A stretch of 64,000 nucleotides of DNA, from NCBI GenBank assembly GCA_951406725.2, contig OX597830.1:25420001-25484000 (forward strand), read 5' to 3'. Source of the DNA: Octopus vulgaris. Its lineage: Eukaryota. The translations under genes and the position numbers were made by a program. Shown piece after piece: positions 40,088 through 55,414 of this stretch; the first letter of the stretch is position 1; each line of letters begins with the position of its first letter. The notes beneath the pieces are model-generated. The model did not search any database and had not been told where the DNA came from. It worked only from the letters and a program-made list of their open reading frames with translations.

Positions 40088-41157
40088 GTTGCGTGCGTAT
40101 ATATATGTATAAATGAATGTGTACACCTGTGTACACCTGTGTACACCTGTGTATACGTGTTTGTATGTGGATGCGTGATAAAATGGCGATTTGAAGGAGA
40201 ATCTGATCTGTGTTACCTTTACCATTCCGATGGCATTTTGGCATCATGTTTGTTGTTTTCTGGCTGGAGTTAGGAAACGCAATTAAACAAAATAATAAAA
40301 GTTGGTCAAAGTTCTGCCAGTATTTAGTGAAAAATACACCGACGTAGACACATATACACATCAGTTAGGGATACACATATACACCCATATAAACAGATGT
40401 AGACATACATATGCATGCAAACATACAGACACACAGAGAGACATACACGCAAACCACACACACACATATGCACACACATACCAAAACACAACGGTAACTT
40501 CATCTACATGATCATACATATGTACGTGTATGTATGTATGTGTGCATATATGAATGAATATATGTGTATACTTGTATGTATGTATGCATGTATTATGTAT
40601 GTATGTGTATACATGTATGCATGTATATATGTATATATGTATATATGCATATATGTATGTATGTATTTATGCAAGTATGTATGTATATACATGTTTGTGT
40701 GTCCTGGTTATGATTTTAAATTGCTTGCACCATTGTGACCCAGGTTCAGGAGTTCCAGAGATTTTAGGAGTGCGGATCCACCTGTTAGCCACTACTGTTC
40801 ACAGCTATGTTCTGGCTCAGAGTGGCAGCATTAGCCGGGGTCCCAGCTTTGAGTTAACTAGAGTGTGAACCATTGGGAGTGAAGATTCCCTAGTTCTCGT
40901 TAGAGCTTCCTTCTAGAAGGTAAACTCGTATAAAAAACAAACAAACAAACTTGAAGTGCTTTTGGTTTCTGGTGACGGCCTTAACCTTCGCCGTGTCTTG
41001 GTTTCATAGGTGTTTGTTTTGAAGAGTGGGTTTAGAGCAGAGCAGCACTTGAATCCATTCAAAATAGATTCGCACGCAGAAAATTCTTTGACTGTTTATG
41101 GGTTTTAGAAGTGGTCTCACCCGGCCACAAGTCGACTTCCACCAGGCATACGTGTGT

Positions 41158-41212
<55 letters not shown>

Positions 41213-41401
41213 GATTTGTTTCTATACATATCCATCCATTCATCCAGCCATACTTACATACATACACACATGTGCACACATATATACACGCACACTCACA
41301 TACATAGATACATACATGCATACATACAAACATATATATATATATCTATATCTATATATATGAATATGTATATACATACACACACACACACACACACACA
41401 T

Positions 41402-41446
<45 letters not shown>

Positions 41447-41461
41447 TATATACATATGAAT

Positions 41462-41620
41462 ATTTTTCTCTCTCTGTGTATCTTTCTGTTGAAGAGCGTA
41501 GGCTCGAAACGTTAAAGACTTGTTTTATTTATATTTCCTGAGCGCCATACTAATACAATTGTTCGTTTGTTTTCTACCTGCCTTCGTCTTTTGTTTATTT
41601 TCATAAAGCTTCCCGTTATA
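41462..41620 (+). mobile_element. Solo PLE-like tail with variant minimal hammerhead (41481-41518)
   Basis: TCTTT CTGTTGA A GAGC GTAG GCTC GAAAC GT T AAAGA; ends cttcccgttatata like 10548. Confidence 0.8.
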
Positions 41621-41841
41621 TACGTGTATGTATCGATATATTTATTCATATATAACCTTGTATAGAAATACAAATCTATATGAATATATGAATGTGTGTA
41701 TGTGTATATGCATACATTCGAACACACAAACACACACACATATATGCATATATAGGGATATTATACATATATATTTATATGTATATGTCTATACGTTACA
41801 TGCATGTGTGTATATATATATATGCGTGTATTGTATACATG

Positions 41842-41888
<47 letters not shown>

Positions 41889-41891
<3 letters not shown>

Positions 41892-42457
41892 AATTGAAGA
41901 ATGGAGTAACGCAGATTGAACAGAAATCGTTTTATTTATTTACACGTGTTGAAAGGCACAAATTACCAAATCCGATTGAATAATGGGACCATATTGTGTC
42001 TTTCTCTTCAGGAAGAAAATAGGAAATCCGTTGGAAAAACAAAACAGAACAGAGGCGGAGCAAAAACAAATCGAACTATGCTCCTAAGAGCCCATGGCGA
42101 AACTGTTTATCAGTGTATGTTGAGAACCGGTGGCTGAAGAATTTAACGGGTCAGGCATCGTTTTTCCAACGGATTTCTATTTTCTTCTGAAGAGAAAGAC
42201 ACAATATGGTCCCATTATTCAATCGATTTGGTAATTTGTGCTTTTCGAAAACGTGTAGAATGAAATAAACGATTTCTGTTCAATCTGCGTTCACTCCATT
42301 TCTTCAATTCACCAATAATGTTTTAATTTCAATTATCGCACCAACGACGGTTGCAACACCATATGGTTGTACCTCCAACCGTGCTGTTTACTGCTGTGAT
42401 TTTTGCTACTAAGGTATCGGTTAAACTTTTGATTAATCTACTACAGATTATTCATCT

Positions 42458-42460
<3 letters not shown>
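41889..42460. mobile_element. Fold-back element in (TA)n with HHR in arms
   Basis: Arms 41889-42040 / 42160-42312; right arm CTGAAGA (42187) GAAAGACACAA...TTGTGCTTTTC GAAA ACGT GTA GAA; ~150-nt unpaired 3' extension. Confidence 0.88.
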
Positions 42461-42556
<96 letters not shown>

Positions 42557-42644
42557 ATGTAGATATATATGTATATACATACACTTATCCATCTATCTGT
42601 CTATCCATCTAGCTATACATATATATTCGTATATATAGAAATAC

Positions 42645-42698
<54 letters not shown>

Positions 42699-42980
42699 AA
42701 TAGTAAAAAGTGAAAAGACTACAGAAGGCTTGTTTTAAAAGGTTAAAAAATATATATTTGAGTCAATATGTCTGAAGAATATTATAAATTTATTTCTTAC
42801 AATAACATAGTTTAGAAGAAACTATGTCATTGTAAGAAATACATTCATAATATTCTTCAGACATATTGACTCAAATATATATTTTTAACCTTTTAAAACA
42901 AGCCTTCTGTAGTCTTTTCACTTTTTACTATTTTCTATATATTCAACCACGTGCTTTCACAAACCAACTTTCTCATCTAT
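42699..42980. mobile_element. Fold-back made of the Neptune-type PLE 3' tail
   Basis: Arms 42699-42813 / 42819-42933, 5-nt loop; sequence matches 59686-59850. Confidence 0.92.
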
Positions 42981-43891
42981 ATATATATATATACATGCAT
43001 ACATATATATATGCATATGTACATTCCTGTGTGCATATATGTATATATCTATGTATTAGCAATTACCTAAATATGTGTATATCTATCTATCTATCTATAT
43101 GAACTCATGTTTATATGGCCATTTGTACATAGACTCACACACTCATCCCCACACTCTCACACACTCACACACACACACGCATACACACATGCACACATAC
43201 ACACTCACAAACATGTGTGTGTGTGTGTGTCTGTGTGTCTGTGTGACATGTTCTGAGGCGGAATTACAGATCTATTTTAAGAGATCCTCCTGTGGAACGA
43301 CAGAAGGGAGCACGTTGACGTTTTAACTTCTACGAAGAGTCGGTCACAGTCTCCGCTAAAAATAGCAGTCTAGTCAAATCTGTTTCAAACTAAACTCCAC
43401 AATCTTGAATCACTGGAAGGATCGATCGAGCAGATAAAATGTAATACAAGAATGGCGAAGTCTGGAATGGCTTTGATCACGTGTGTTCGATCAGAGCGGG
43501 TCCGTTGATCAGAGAACGACCACGACGACAACGACGAAGACAGCAACAGCAAGAACAATAATTTCAACAGCTGTAGCAGTAAGAGCAATGATGGCGATGA
43601 CAATAACGACAATAATAACAATAATAATGATAACAACAACAACAACAAAGATAAGCACGATAGCAACAACAACGATAGCAATATCAACAATAACAACGAT
43701 AGTAATAGCAACACCTATTGAAAATTGCGAAGTTTGTAACGAAAGTTTTTTATGAGGTGACTAAATATGTATGTGTGTGTGTGCGTGTGTGAGTGTGTGT
43801 CTGAGTGTGTGTATGTATGAGTGTGTGTATGTGTGTGTGCGTGTGTGAGTGCGTGTATGTGTGTGTGTTACGACAAACACCAAGTACTTAC

Positions 43892-43953
43892 CTGGTTGCT
43901 GGAATAAGCTGAGCTGGTGAGGACATGTTGTTTGACGTCACTAAATTACCCAT
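43892..43953 (-). CDS. Candidate first coding exon, MGNLVTSNNMSSPAQLIPAT, of an unidentified gene
   Basis: Unique-sequence island; canonical donor CAG|GTAAGT at 43892/43891; acceptors at 44118 (tcttcag) and 43965 (ttcttcttcgctgtccag); in-frame upstream stop; second in-frame ATG in CAACATG context. Confidence 0.5.
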
Positions 43954-44200
43954 CAGCCATTTCACCTGGACAGCGAAGAAGAACAAGTCCTCTCACCTCC
44001 TCATCACCTGTCTCCAGGAGCGGATGTTTATCGGACAAGGTGGAAAAGACATTCACGAAAGAAAAACAGTTATCAAGAAGACGTGACTGTCGCGGGCAGA
44101 CGACACAAAGAAATATGACTGAAGATAGATAGACAGATAGCTAGCTAGTTAGATAGATACATACATATGTATGCATGTGTATGTACATATACATATATAC

Positions 44201-44308
<108 letters not shown>

Positions 44309-44625
44309 ATATGTATATCTATCTATAGCTATATATGTATATATATGTATATATATGGTTTGGCAGAGCTTGACAAGACAGGCGGACAAGGTCTCGATAG
44401 ATTGACATATATATACACATACGTTATAGACATTTTTGTTCATATAAACATACATTCAAATATAGCTCTCTTTCTCTCTCTCCCATATATGTATATATGC
44501 ATGTGTGTATATATATATATATATACATACATATAGTAGATTATAAAACAAATACCTAACTGGATAGCTGTTATAGCGAGATGGACATTAAGTAAACAGA
44601 CTGACAGACAGATAAACACACACAG

Positions 44626-44711
<86 letters not shown>

Positions 44712-45116
44712 CATAAACACACTCGTAGACATACGTTCAGGTACATTCACATACAATTACAGATAATTTGATAAACAGGTATGCGGATAGTTTGACGTAT
44801 GGACATATATACACACAGGTAGAGACACATATGTATGTGTGTATATACGTATATACACACACACACACATGCATGTGTCTGTATGGATATACGTGTACAT
44901 ATGTATACATATATGTATATATGTATACATGCATATATATACATGTGTGTGTGTGTGTATATGTATCTGTTTGTTGTCTACACCACCTGTCTTCGTCATA
45001 CATACATATATAACACGTTTATGCATCTATTTATGAATAAATGCATATGCATGTATGTGCGTGTATATATGCATATATACGAATATATATACATACGCAC
45101 ACACGTATACACACGC

Positions 45117-45173
<57 letters not shown>

Positions 45174-45184
45174 CTATTAAATAA

Positions 45185-45216
<32 letters not shown>

Positions 45217-45233
45217 CATATATATATATATAT

Positions 45234-45275
<42 letters not shown>

Positions 45276-45837
45276 ACAGATAGAAAGAGAGAGAGAGAAT
45301 GAGTGAGAAAAAGAGAGAGATGATTGACAGGATTAAGAGAAATGAAACCATAGGCTATTATTAAAATTCAGTAGTCACCCGCACACACACCCGCGTATAC
45401 ACACACACACACATCCGCATACACACACACACACACATCCGCATACACACACACATCATTAAAACAACAAAACATCACACACACACACACACATACGCAC
45501 GCTTACACACACACACACGTGCGCATACACAAACACTATGGACCATCAATCAGTTGTTGGCTAGTGTGCTGACCTACAGAGTCATGTAGGGGTTGGGTAG
45601 TGAACTGGAAGGGACTCTATGGTGATGGTGGCGGCGATGGCAGTAAGGGCGGCGGTGGCGGCAGCAGCAGTGGTGGTGGAGGGGGAGTATGAAGGTCGAA
45701 GGCCGCATTTCCACCATTTCCACATCAACTCCCCCCCCACTTCATTTCCCCCCCTTTACCTCACTGCATTCATCATCACTTTTGACTAAGGTCTGGCTCA
45801 ATTACCTCCCTTGATTTCTATAATTAAATAAGCCGTC

Positions 45838-45885
45838 ACTCACCTGACGTCGCTGTCATCTCCCTTTACTTTCACAACCTACCCC
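45838..45885 (-). other. Possible upstream exon end (donor CAG|GTGAGT)
   Basis: Consensus donor at 45844/45843 on the same strand as the 43892 exon, in non-repeat sequence. Confidence 0.25.
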
Positions 45886-45902
45886 GTCCCCACCACCGTT
45901 AT

Positions 45903-45941
<39 letters not shown>

Positions 45942-46211
45942 TTGTCACTTCTATCCACCTGTTGCACCTGTTGTTTTTTTCGATCTAGCACCGTTATTAA
46001 CAGCCCCCCACCCAATCCCCACCCCCGCCACCACAATTAGAGTGATCATCATCATCATCATCATCGTCATTGACGTGGCTTCTTCCGCAAAACCACCACC
46101 ATTACCATCGCCACCTTAAAAAACATGACTACGACTACCACCATCACTACCTTCGTCGCCGCCGCCGTCGCCACCAGCACCAGCACCAGCACCACCAGCA
46201 CCACCACCACC

Positions 46212-46306
<95 letters not shown>

Positions 46307-47502
46307 CTTGAACTTTTTAGTGCTAGTGCCACCAATACCACCACCACACCCACAAGCATACCATCATTACCAATATCACCAGCATCATCACCACTAACGT
46401 CATTCCCTGTTAACCCCACCATCCCACCATCATACCTCACTTACCACCACCGCAATCATCATCACCATCATCACCATAATCGATACCACTATCGTGGCCA
46501 TGACCACCATTAACATTTCACCACCGCATATATAGGTACCTCCGTCTCCACCATCATTTCGGTACTTTATTTATTGCTACCCCCAACACAACGTCTATTA
46601 CTGCCGCTTCCACCACACCTATCCCTCCCACTGTTACCCAGCACTCACTCCTGCTGACTAAAACCAACAGAATGGAAAATATGCAACTGCCAGTATTTGA
46701 CCAGTATTTCAGCAAGGCAACATGGTTCAGCACCAGATGGCAAAAGCCAGGTTTTTACAACCAGGGTACATTATGTACATTATTACCAGTCTGATTTTAA
46801 AGTAATGGCTCCGTGGAGACAGGAACCTGCTAAAAATAACAGTCAAATTACACTCAAATTGCATTTTAACACAAGCTAGAATGTGTGTTTTCCAGGGCGG
46901 CCTTTGGTTCCTGGAGCCCCAATCTATCTATACAAGCTTATACAGCAGACCTGAAAGTGTCGCCCAGTAAAAGATTTGAGTAGAGTGGAACGCCCTCTGT
47001 CCCCTTAGCTGCGCTACTGCCGAGCACCTTAGTAAGACGCAAAAATACGTTGGATATATGTAATATCTTAGGCTTAGAGCTCTCATGAGCCACATGACAC
47101 ATAAGGCTAGAGCTCAACCCGGTTTCCATGGCGTGTGTGTGTCTGAGATAACAACTCACCTCCATTGAATGGAACGCCGGTCCATCACAGGGTTAACTTC
47201 CCAGCCATTGTTGGAACTCACAGCTAAGTGAACTGGAACAACGTGAAATGAAGGGTCTTGTTCAAGAGTATAAGAACACCGCCAGATCCGGGAATTGTAA
47301 ATTTGAAATCACGAATTTACAATCGTAAAAGCTAAGGCCAAACCGCTAAGGCCACGCACCTTCACCTATATAATATATACGAAAGACAAAAAGAGATAAA
47401 ACAAACAAACAAACAGCGATTTTACATCAGAGATACACGCGCCTCGAGGTCTACATCTTCAGAGTTCACTTGAATCTTAGCAGCTGCAACAGCCACAACA
47501 GC

Positions 47503-47533
<31 letters not shown>

Positions 47534-47885
47534 GTTACAACAAGAGCGACAGTGACAACCTGACTGATTTCTATTTCCTTTATTTCTTGTTACTTTAGCT
47601 TTAAGAAAATTCATTCATCTCCTTCGAGAAGGTTCCACCGTGTTACTGTATATCACTGTGGCGAGGAGCGGTTTCAAGGAGGCTTCTTTGCTCATCTCAG
47701 TTGGATTCGCGACTTAAAGTGAGCAATTAACATTCCCACATGCATTAGAAAATTCTTTGTAGTAATACATGGAACATTGTGCTGTATTGTAAAAATGGCA
47801 CCGACATAAAAGAATATCTCTCAGGAAACACAGGTTTACAAGTAACATAGTTAACTGCTACTGTTCTCCAGAAAGTCAAGAGTCT

Positions 47886-48416
<531 letters not shown>

Positions 48417-48549
48417 TTATGCATACACACGCAAATGCAAACATTGTATATATTTGTATGTCTGTATACATGTATATGTACACAGAAGTATGCGTGTGTA
48501 ATTATGTATATATGTATGTATTATGTATGTATAAAATATATAGATATAA

Positions 48550-49000
48550 AAATGGGACAAGAACGCAAAACATCCAGATAGACGACACAAAAAACGGACG
48601 GGTCATTCGAAGCCTCTAATCTTCAGTCAAGAACCGGATCATCCTCGCAATTTCGGCTGATTAATCTTGAGATCGCTCCGATCCGGCCAGCCCAAAGGAA
48701 AAACTAAGCTACGAGCATTAGATTTCTTGGAAAAACCATCGAAACAAGGACAGAAAAACGGACGATGCCACACAAAATAAATACAAAAAACAAAAGGTAA
48801 TACGAATATAAATACAAAAAACAATAATAATAATAATAATAATAAAAATAATGATCCGGTTCTTGACTGAAGATTAGAGGCTTCGAATGACCCGTCCACT
48901 TTTTGTGTCGTCTATTTGAATGTTTTGCGTTCTTGTCCCATTTTGTATTTTTATATATATATATTTTATACATAAATTATTGCGGCGTAACGTACACCTT
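48550..49000. mobile_element. Fold-back element in (TA)-rich sequence
   Basis: aatgggacaagaacgcaaaacat...tcttcagtcaagaaccggatcat (48550-48642) vs 48850-48944; ~210-nt spacer. Confidence 0.88.
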
Positions 49001-49012
49001 GTATGTATTATG

Positions 49013-49112
<100 letters not shown>

Positions 49113-49198
49113 AGTGTGTATAATGGCTGCTCTCTCTCTATATATACTTACATGTACAAACACACATACATACATATACATACAAATACATATATATG

Positions 49199-49263
<65 letters not shown>

Positions 49264-49512
49264 ACACATATATACACACCATAAATTCAGGAGGTGTGAG
49301 AAGTGAAGATATATCTATTCATACATATTACTTTCATATACGGTTACAGCCCTTTCGTAACCCACTTTATATAGTATTATAGTATACAAGAAATTATACG
49401 TATATCTTTGTATTAATATGTATGTTTAGCATCATGCAATACAATCGTATACACCATGTGATAGGTGCACGATTCATTGAATCAATATTATATACCACTC
49501 CTTTACATAAAC

Positions 49513-49553
49513 AGTCCGATGATGGCTTTGTTGACCGAAACTTCGAAGTCTCT
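49513..49553 (+). ncRNA. Degenerate hammerhead motif
   Basis: CCGATGA TGGCTTTGTTGACC GAAAC TTCGAA GTC; U4 mutated to C; palindromic stem III, GUC triplet. Confidence 0.55.
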
Positions 49554-49661
49554 ATCAATATTATTCATGCGAATGAATAATATATTTGACTCTACGAAAT
49601 GTATTGAGCAATCCTTCCATTTAGAGTAAAACTGTTTTATTACAATATAAGAACAACCATA

Positions 49662-49877
49662 AGGCGGCGAGCTGGCAGAAACATTAACATGCCGGACGAA
49701 ATGCTTAGTGCTATTTCGTCTGTCTTTACGTTCTGAGTTCAAATTCCGCCGAGGTCGACTTTGCCTTTCATCCTTTCGGGGTCGATTAAATAAGTACCAG
49801 CTGCGTACTGGGGCCGATCTAATTGATTGGACCCCTCCCCCAAAATTTCGGGCCTTATGCCTAGAGTAGAAAAGAAT
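49662..49877 (+). mobile_element. Full-length SINE family A
   Basis: ggcggcgagctggcagaaac...gggccttatgcctagagtagaaaagaat. Confidence 0.92.
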
Positions 49878-49890
49878 ATAAAACCAAATA

Positions 49891-50000
<110 letters not shown>

Positions 50001-50009
50001 GTATGTGGG

Positions 50010-50616
<607 letters not shown>

Positions 50617-50730
50617 CATATATATATATATATGTATATATGTATATATATATATGTATATATATATATGTATATATATATGTATATATGTATATATATA
50701 TATACATATATATATGTATATATATATGTA

Positions 50731-50795
<65 letters not shown>

Positions 50796-51703
50796 TAGAA
50801 GGTTTGGAGATGATGTATAGGTATTTTATATTAGAAGATATGAGGTACTCAGAAATTCGGATGGTTTTATATTAACAGATATTTATTTGTATACTTCATG
50901 TTTTTATACATCATTTAAGATATATCATATATCATATATTAGCGCTTTCGCCCATTCTAGTGGGGTTTTCAAATTGAACTAAGTTGTGGAAAAATATATA
51001 TATATGCATACATACATTCATACACACACACATACACACATATAATTTTAATGTAAAAAATATATTGATACGATCTACTAATAGTCTCATTCTTTGGAGA
51101 GTCGAATCTAGGCAGGCTTGTATAGCACGCCTTGTGCCTTCAAGCAGTTTTTTAAGTTCTGATTACATGGTCTATTAAATTTACAAATGAAAAACCCTAG
51201 AATAAGTTATTTTTCAACGTCTACATGAAGATGACCACCACCACTACCACCGCCGCCGCCGCCACCACCACCACCACCACCACCACCATCACTGCCTCTG
51301 CCGCCGCCGCCGCCACCACCACCACCACTACTACTCTATACGTCTATAATGGCTATATGCCTCGGTGATGTTTGATCAGATGTTAAGAGAATTAATTCTG
51401 TAATGCAATCATTCTATTGTTCCAGTCCTAATTTGAATTTCAACTGTTGGCCAATTTGTCCCAAAGTTCTTATCACGACGTAAAATTAACGAAGCGAATG
51501 TCTTCTATCTCCCCCTTGATTGCTGACGTCATCTGACAAACCCGAACTAAGATGGCGTGAACCAGCCAAACTTTACCTGTTAAAAATAGCAACCCAGACG
51601 TTTTTTAATCAGGTCCTAAAGCTGGATGTTCAAGAATCAAGTAAGGAGCAGATTTTCAATCCTGTAATCATCCTGATTCCAAAAGGGTATAATGTGTCTA
51701 TGT

Positions 51704-52092
51704 GGAGGCGCAATGGCCCAGTGGTTAGGGCAGCGGACTCGCGGTCGTAGGATCGCGGTTTCGATTCCCAGACCGGGCGTTGTGAGTGTTTATTGAGCGA
51801 AAACACCTAAAGCTCCACGACGCTCCGGCAGGGGATGGTGGTGATCCCTGCTGTACTCTTTCACCACAACTTTCTCTCACTCTTACTTCCTGTTTCTGTT
51901 GTACCTGTATTTCAAAGGGCCGGCCTTGTCACTCTCTGTGTCACGCTGAATATCCCCGAGAACTACGTTAAGGGCACACGTGTCTGTGGAATGCTCAGCC
52001 ACTTACACGCTAATTTCACGAGCAAGCTGTTCCGTTGATCGGATCAACCGGAACCCTCGTCGTCGTAACCGACGGAGTGCTTCCATCATCCA
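51704..52092 (+). mobile_element. Full-length SINE family C
   Basis: tRNA-like head (A box tggcccagtgg, B box gtttcgattcc), tail ...accgacggagtgcttccatcatcc. Confidence 0.9.
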
Positions 52093-52377
52093 TCAATGTG
52101 TCTATATAGTGTTAATGTAGACTGAGACGCAGGGGTCCCAGACGGACAGACACAATTTTACTTTCATTACTATAGAAGAAATAACGTTGGTTTTCATGGA
52201 AATGTGAAATGCCAAACCCTATCACAATGACTCACTCAGAGTTACTTCCCTTAGTGTTAATGTAGATAAAGTACCAAGTAAAGAATTGATTTCGATTTAA
52301 TAAAATAAATCTTCTCATCCCCAACCAAAACTGAGACTTTATCCCCATGTTTTTCAACTCAACATTGGCATTACTGA

Positions 52378-53035
52378 AGGTGAAGAGCTGGCAGAAACGT
52401 TAGCACGCCGGGCAAAATGCGTAGCCGTATTTCGTCTGCCGTTACGTTCTGAGTTCAAATTCCGCCGAGGTCGACTTTGCCTTTCATCCTTTCGGGGTCG
52501 ATAAATTAAGTACCAGTTACGCACTGGGGTCGAGGTAATTGACTTAATCCCTTTGTTTGTCCTTGTTTGTCTCCTCTGTGTTTAGCCTCTTGTGGGTAGT
52601 AAAGAAATATATACTCCATTTTAGAATAAAGAAATCAGAAACTTTAGCACGCCGGGCAAAATGCGTAGCCGTATTTCGTCTGCCGTTACGTTCTGAGTTC
52701 AAATTCCGCCGAGGTCGACTTTGCCTTTCATCCTTTCGGGGTCGATTAAATAAGTACCAGTTATGCACTGGTGTCGATATAATCGACTTAATCCGTTTGT
52801 CTGCTCTTGTTTGTACCCTCTACGTTTAGCCCCTTGTGGGCAATAAAGAAATAAGAATCGTTAGCACACCGGGCAAAATGCTTAGCTACATTTTGTCCGT
52901 CTTTTACATTCCGAGTTCAAATTCCGCTGAGGTCGTCTTTGCTTTACATCTTTACGGAGTCGATAAAATAAGTACCAGTTAATCGACTCTCTCACTCCCA
53001 CGAAACTTGCTGGCCTTGTGCCAAAATTTGAAAAC
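52378..53035 (+). mobile_element. Three head-to-tail SINE family A copies
   Basis: Repeated ttagcacgccgggcaaaatg...gtaccagtt units. Confidence 0.92.
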
Positions 53036-53326
53036 AATATTAGCTTGACCACTACCGCTACGATCACCATTATTACAACTATTAGTACTACTGCTGCTGC
53101 TGCTGTTGTTGTTGTTGTTAAGCAACAAGACGGGTAAGGGTGATTAGGTGATGGTGAAGGGCTTAGGGGCGGGAGACTCCAGACCTTGGAAAAAAAAAAC
53201 TGGTCTTCTTGTTGTAGTCGAGAGCTCTTCGTTGACGCCCGACACCACTGGCAGGTGGCCCTCGAAGTCGCTGGAAATGGAGATCTCCAGGTCCAAACTC
53301 TTGGACGGCTACTGCTGCTGCTGCTG

Positions 53327-53383
<57 letters not shown>

Positions 53384-54071
53384 ACAGTAGTAGTTATATT
53401 AGTTGTGGTAATGGTAGGAGTAGGAGCTGCAAGTTACTTTCGTTCCAAACCAAGTTCGACGCCAAAAATTGGAGTTACTTGCCCTTAGTTGACTCAGTGA
53501 CCGCTAGGAAGGAATGTTACACACTTGACAAGTTTCTAGTTACCTTCTCTCACCTTCATACTCCCCACACACCGCAATTTTCCAACAATCTACCACCCTT
53601 CTATAACACCACCACCACCACCACCACCACCACGGCCACCACCACCGCCACTGCCGCTGCCGCTACCACCATCACCACCATCACCACCACTTACCACCAC
53701 CACCACCCAACCAGTTTTCAAATTTCTGCAGACAGGTGGTATTTACTTGGTAAAAACCAAGATCTTGTTGGTTCTCTCTAATTTTCTTCCTCATTCTTTC
53801 TCCACTCACTCACTCACCCACTCACTCACTCACTCACTCACTCACTCACTCACTCACTCATTCACTCACTCACTCACTTACTCACTCACTCATTCAGTCA
53901 CCCACTCACTCACTCTCTTCCTCTCTCTACTACTCCTCAATCATACTCCTGCCACCGTGGTAAGAGTTTACTTTTCGATGCAGTACTGATTAACCCATCT
54001 CTCTCTCGCCTTCTCTCTCTCTTTCACACATATTGTGTATGTGTGTATGTGGAGGAATATGTATGTGTCTG

Positions 54072-54125
<54 letters not shown>

Positions 54126-54141
54126 TGAGTGAATGTATTTA

Positions 54142-54207
<66 letters not shown>

Positions 54208-54407
54208 CTTGAGTGAATGTATTTATATATGTAAATATATGTATCTCTATATATGTACACATACATACATACATACATACATACATCATACATTCATACA
54301 TACATACATACATGCATACATACATACATACATATATATACATATACACACGTGCACACACATATATACTGTACATATATGTACACAAACTCGTACACAC
54401 ATGCACA

Positions 54408-54447
<40 letters not shown>

Positions 54448-54681
54448 CACATATGCATTACCAAAGAGGTGTACTATAAGGCATGGAGGTTAAATTTACT
54501 TAATGTTTTGGGGGCCAGAGTGTTGAACATGTTTGTACATGTCAGTTTGTGTTTATTGTGGTCCACACGACCTATTAGTCAGTTTTGTGAACGGTGTGTA
54601 AATATTGACGTCTATTTACAGGTCGACATATACACCGCATCCACAGATGTGGCCATAGTAACAAGCAGAGAGGAAGGGGTA

Positions 54682-54716
<35 letters not shown>

Positions 54717-55414
54717 AAGGAGGGTTAGAAGGGGAGGTAGTGAGGAAGAGGAAGGAGAGGAGAAAGATAGAGAAAGATAGAGGTGAAGACAAAGAGAGGT
54801 AGAGAGAGAGGAAAGAGGGAGGGAGAAAGTGAGAGAGAGAGGGGGAGAGAGAGGGTAGGAGGGAAGGTAGTGAGAAAGTGGAAAGAAAGAGGGAGAGAAA
54901 GACGGAGAGGGAGAGAGAGACGGAGAGGGAGAGAGAGGTTGAGAGAGAAGGAAAGAGAGATATAGAGGGGGATAGACAGACAGATAAACAGATAGATAGA
55001 TAGATAGAAAGAGAGAGAAAGAGAGATAGAGAGAGAGAAAGAATATGTGTGTGTATATATGTATATATATATATGTGTACGGTCCTGTAGTATTTCATTG
55101 TGTATGTGTTTATTCTGAACCCTTGACCTCCATTGGCCCTTCACCCACCGGCATTCACCCACCCACCCTCCTGCACATAGAAACACCCACCCACCTCCAA
55201 CAAACCTCACGTCTTCTTCATGTAAGCTGAGCGTTTGAAGAAGACATGACACTCTCGTTGAAAGTCTAACCGTTAAGTAAATATCTCTTTTAACTAAAAC
55301 GATTTCCCTTCTCCACAAAATTGAGATATTTTTGGTGTTGCTGTTTAGGAAGGCAATGTGACGGCTTCGTAGAAATCCCGTTTCTCCCCATATCTCCCCA
55401 TAATATTACTGGTA

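Noticed and set aside
51704-51775. tRNA genes (also 9440-9512, 33711-33785, 39545-39614, 63422-63475)
   Set aside because: A/B boxes are present but they continue into SINE bodies and lack a proper cloverleaf and terminator.
53148-53488. GC-richer ORFs as a coding exon
   Set aside because: No recognisable domain or convincing splice pair; ORFs are extended by (CTA)n. Could still be UTR sequence.
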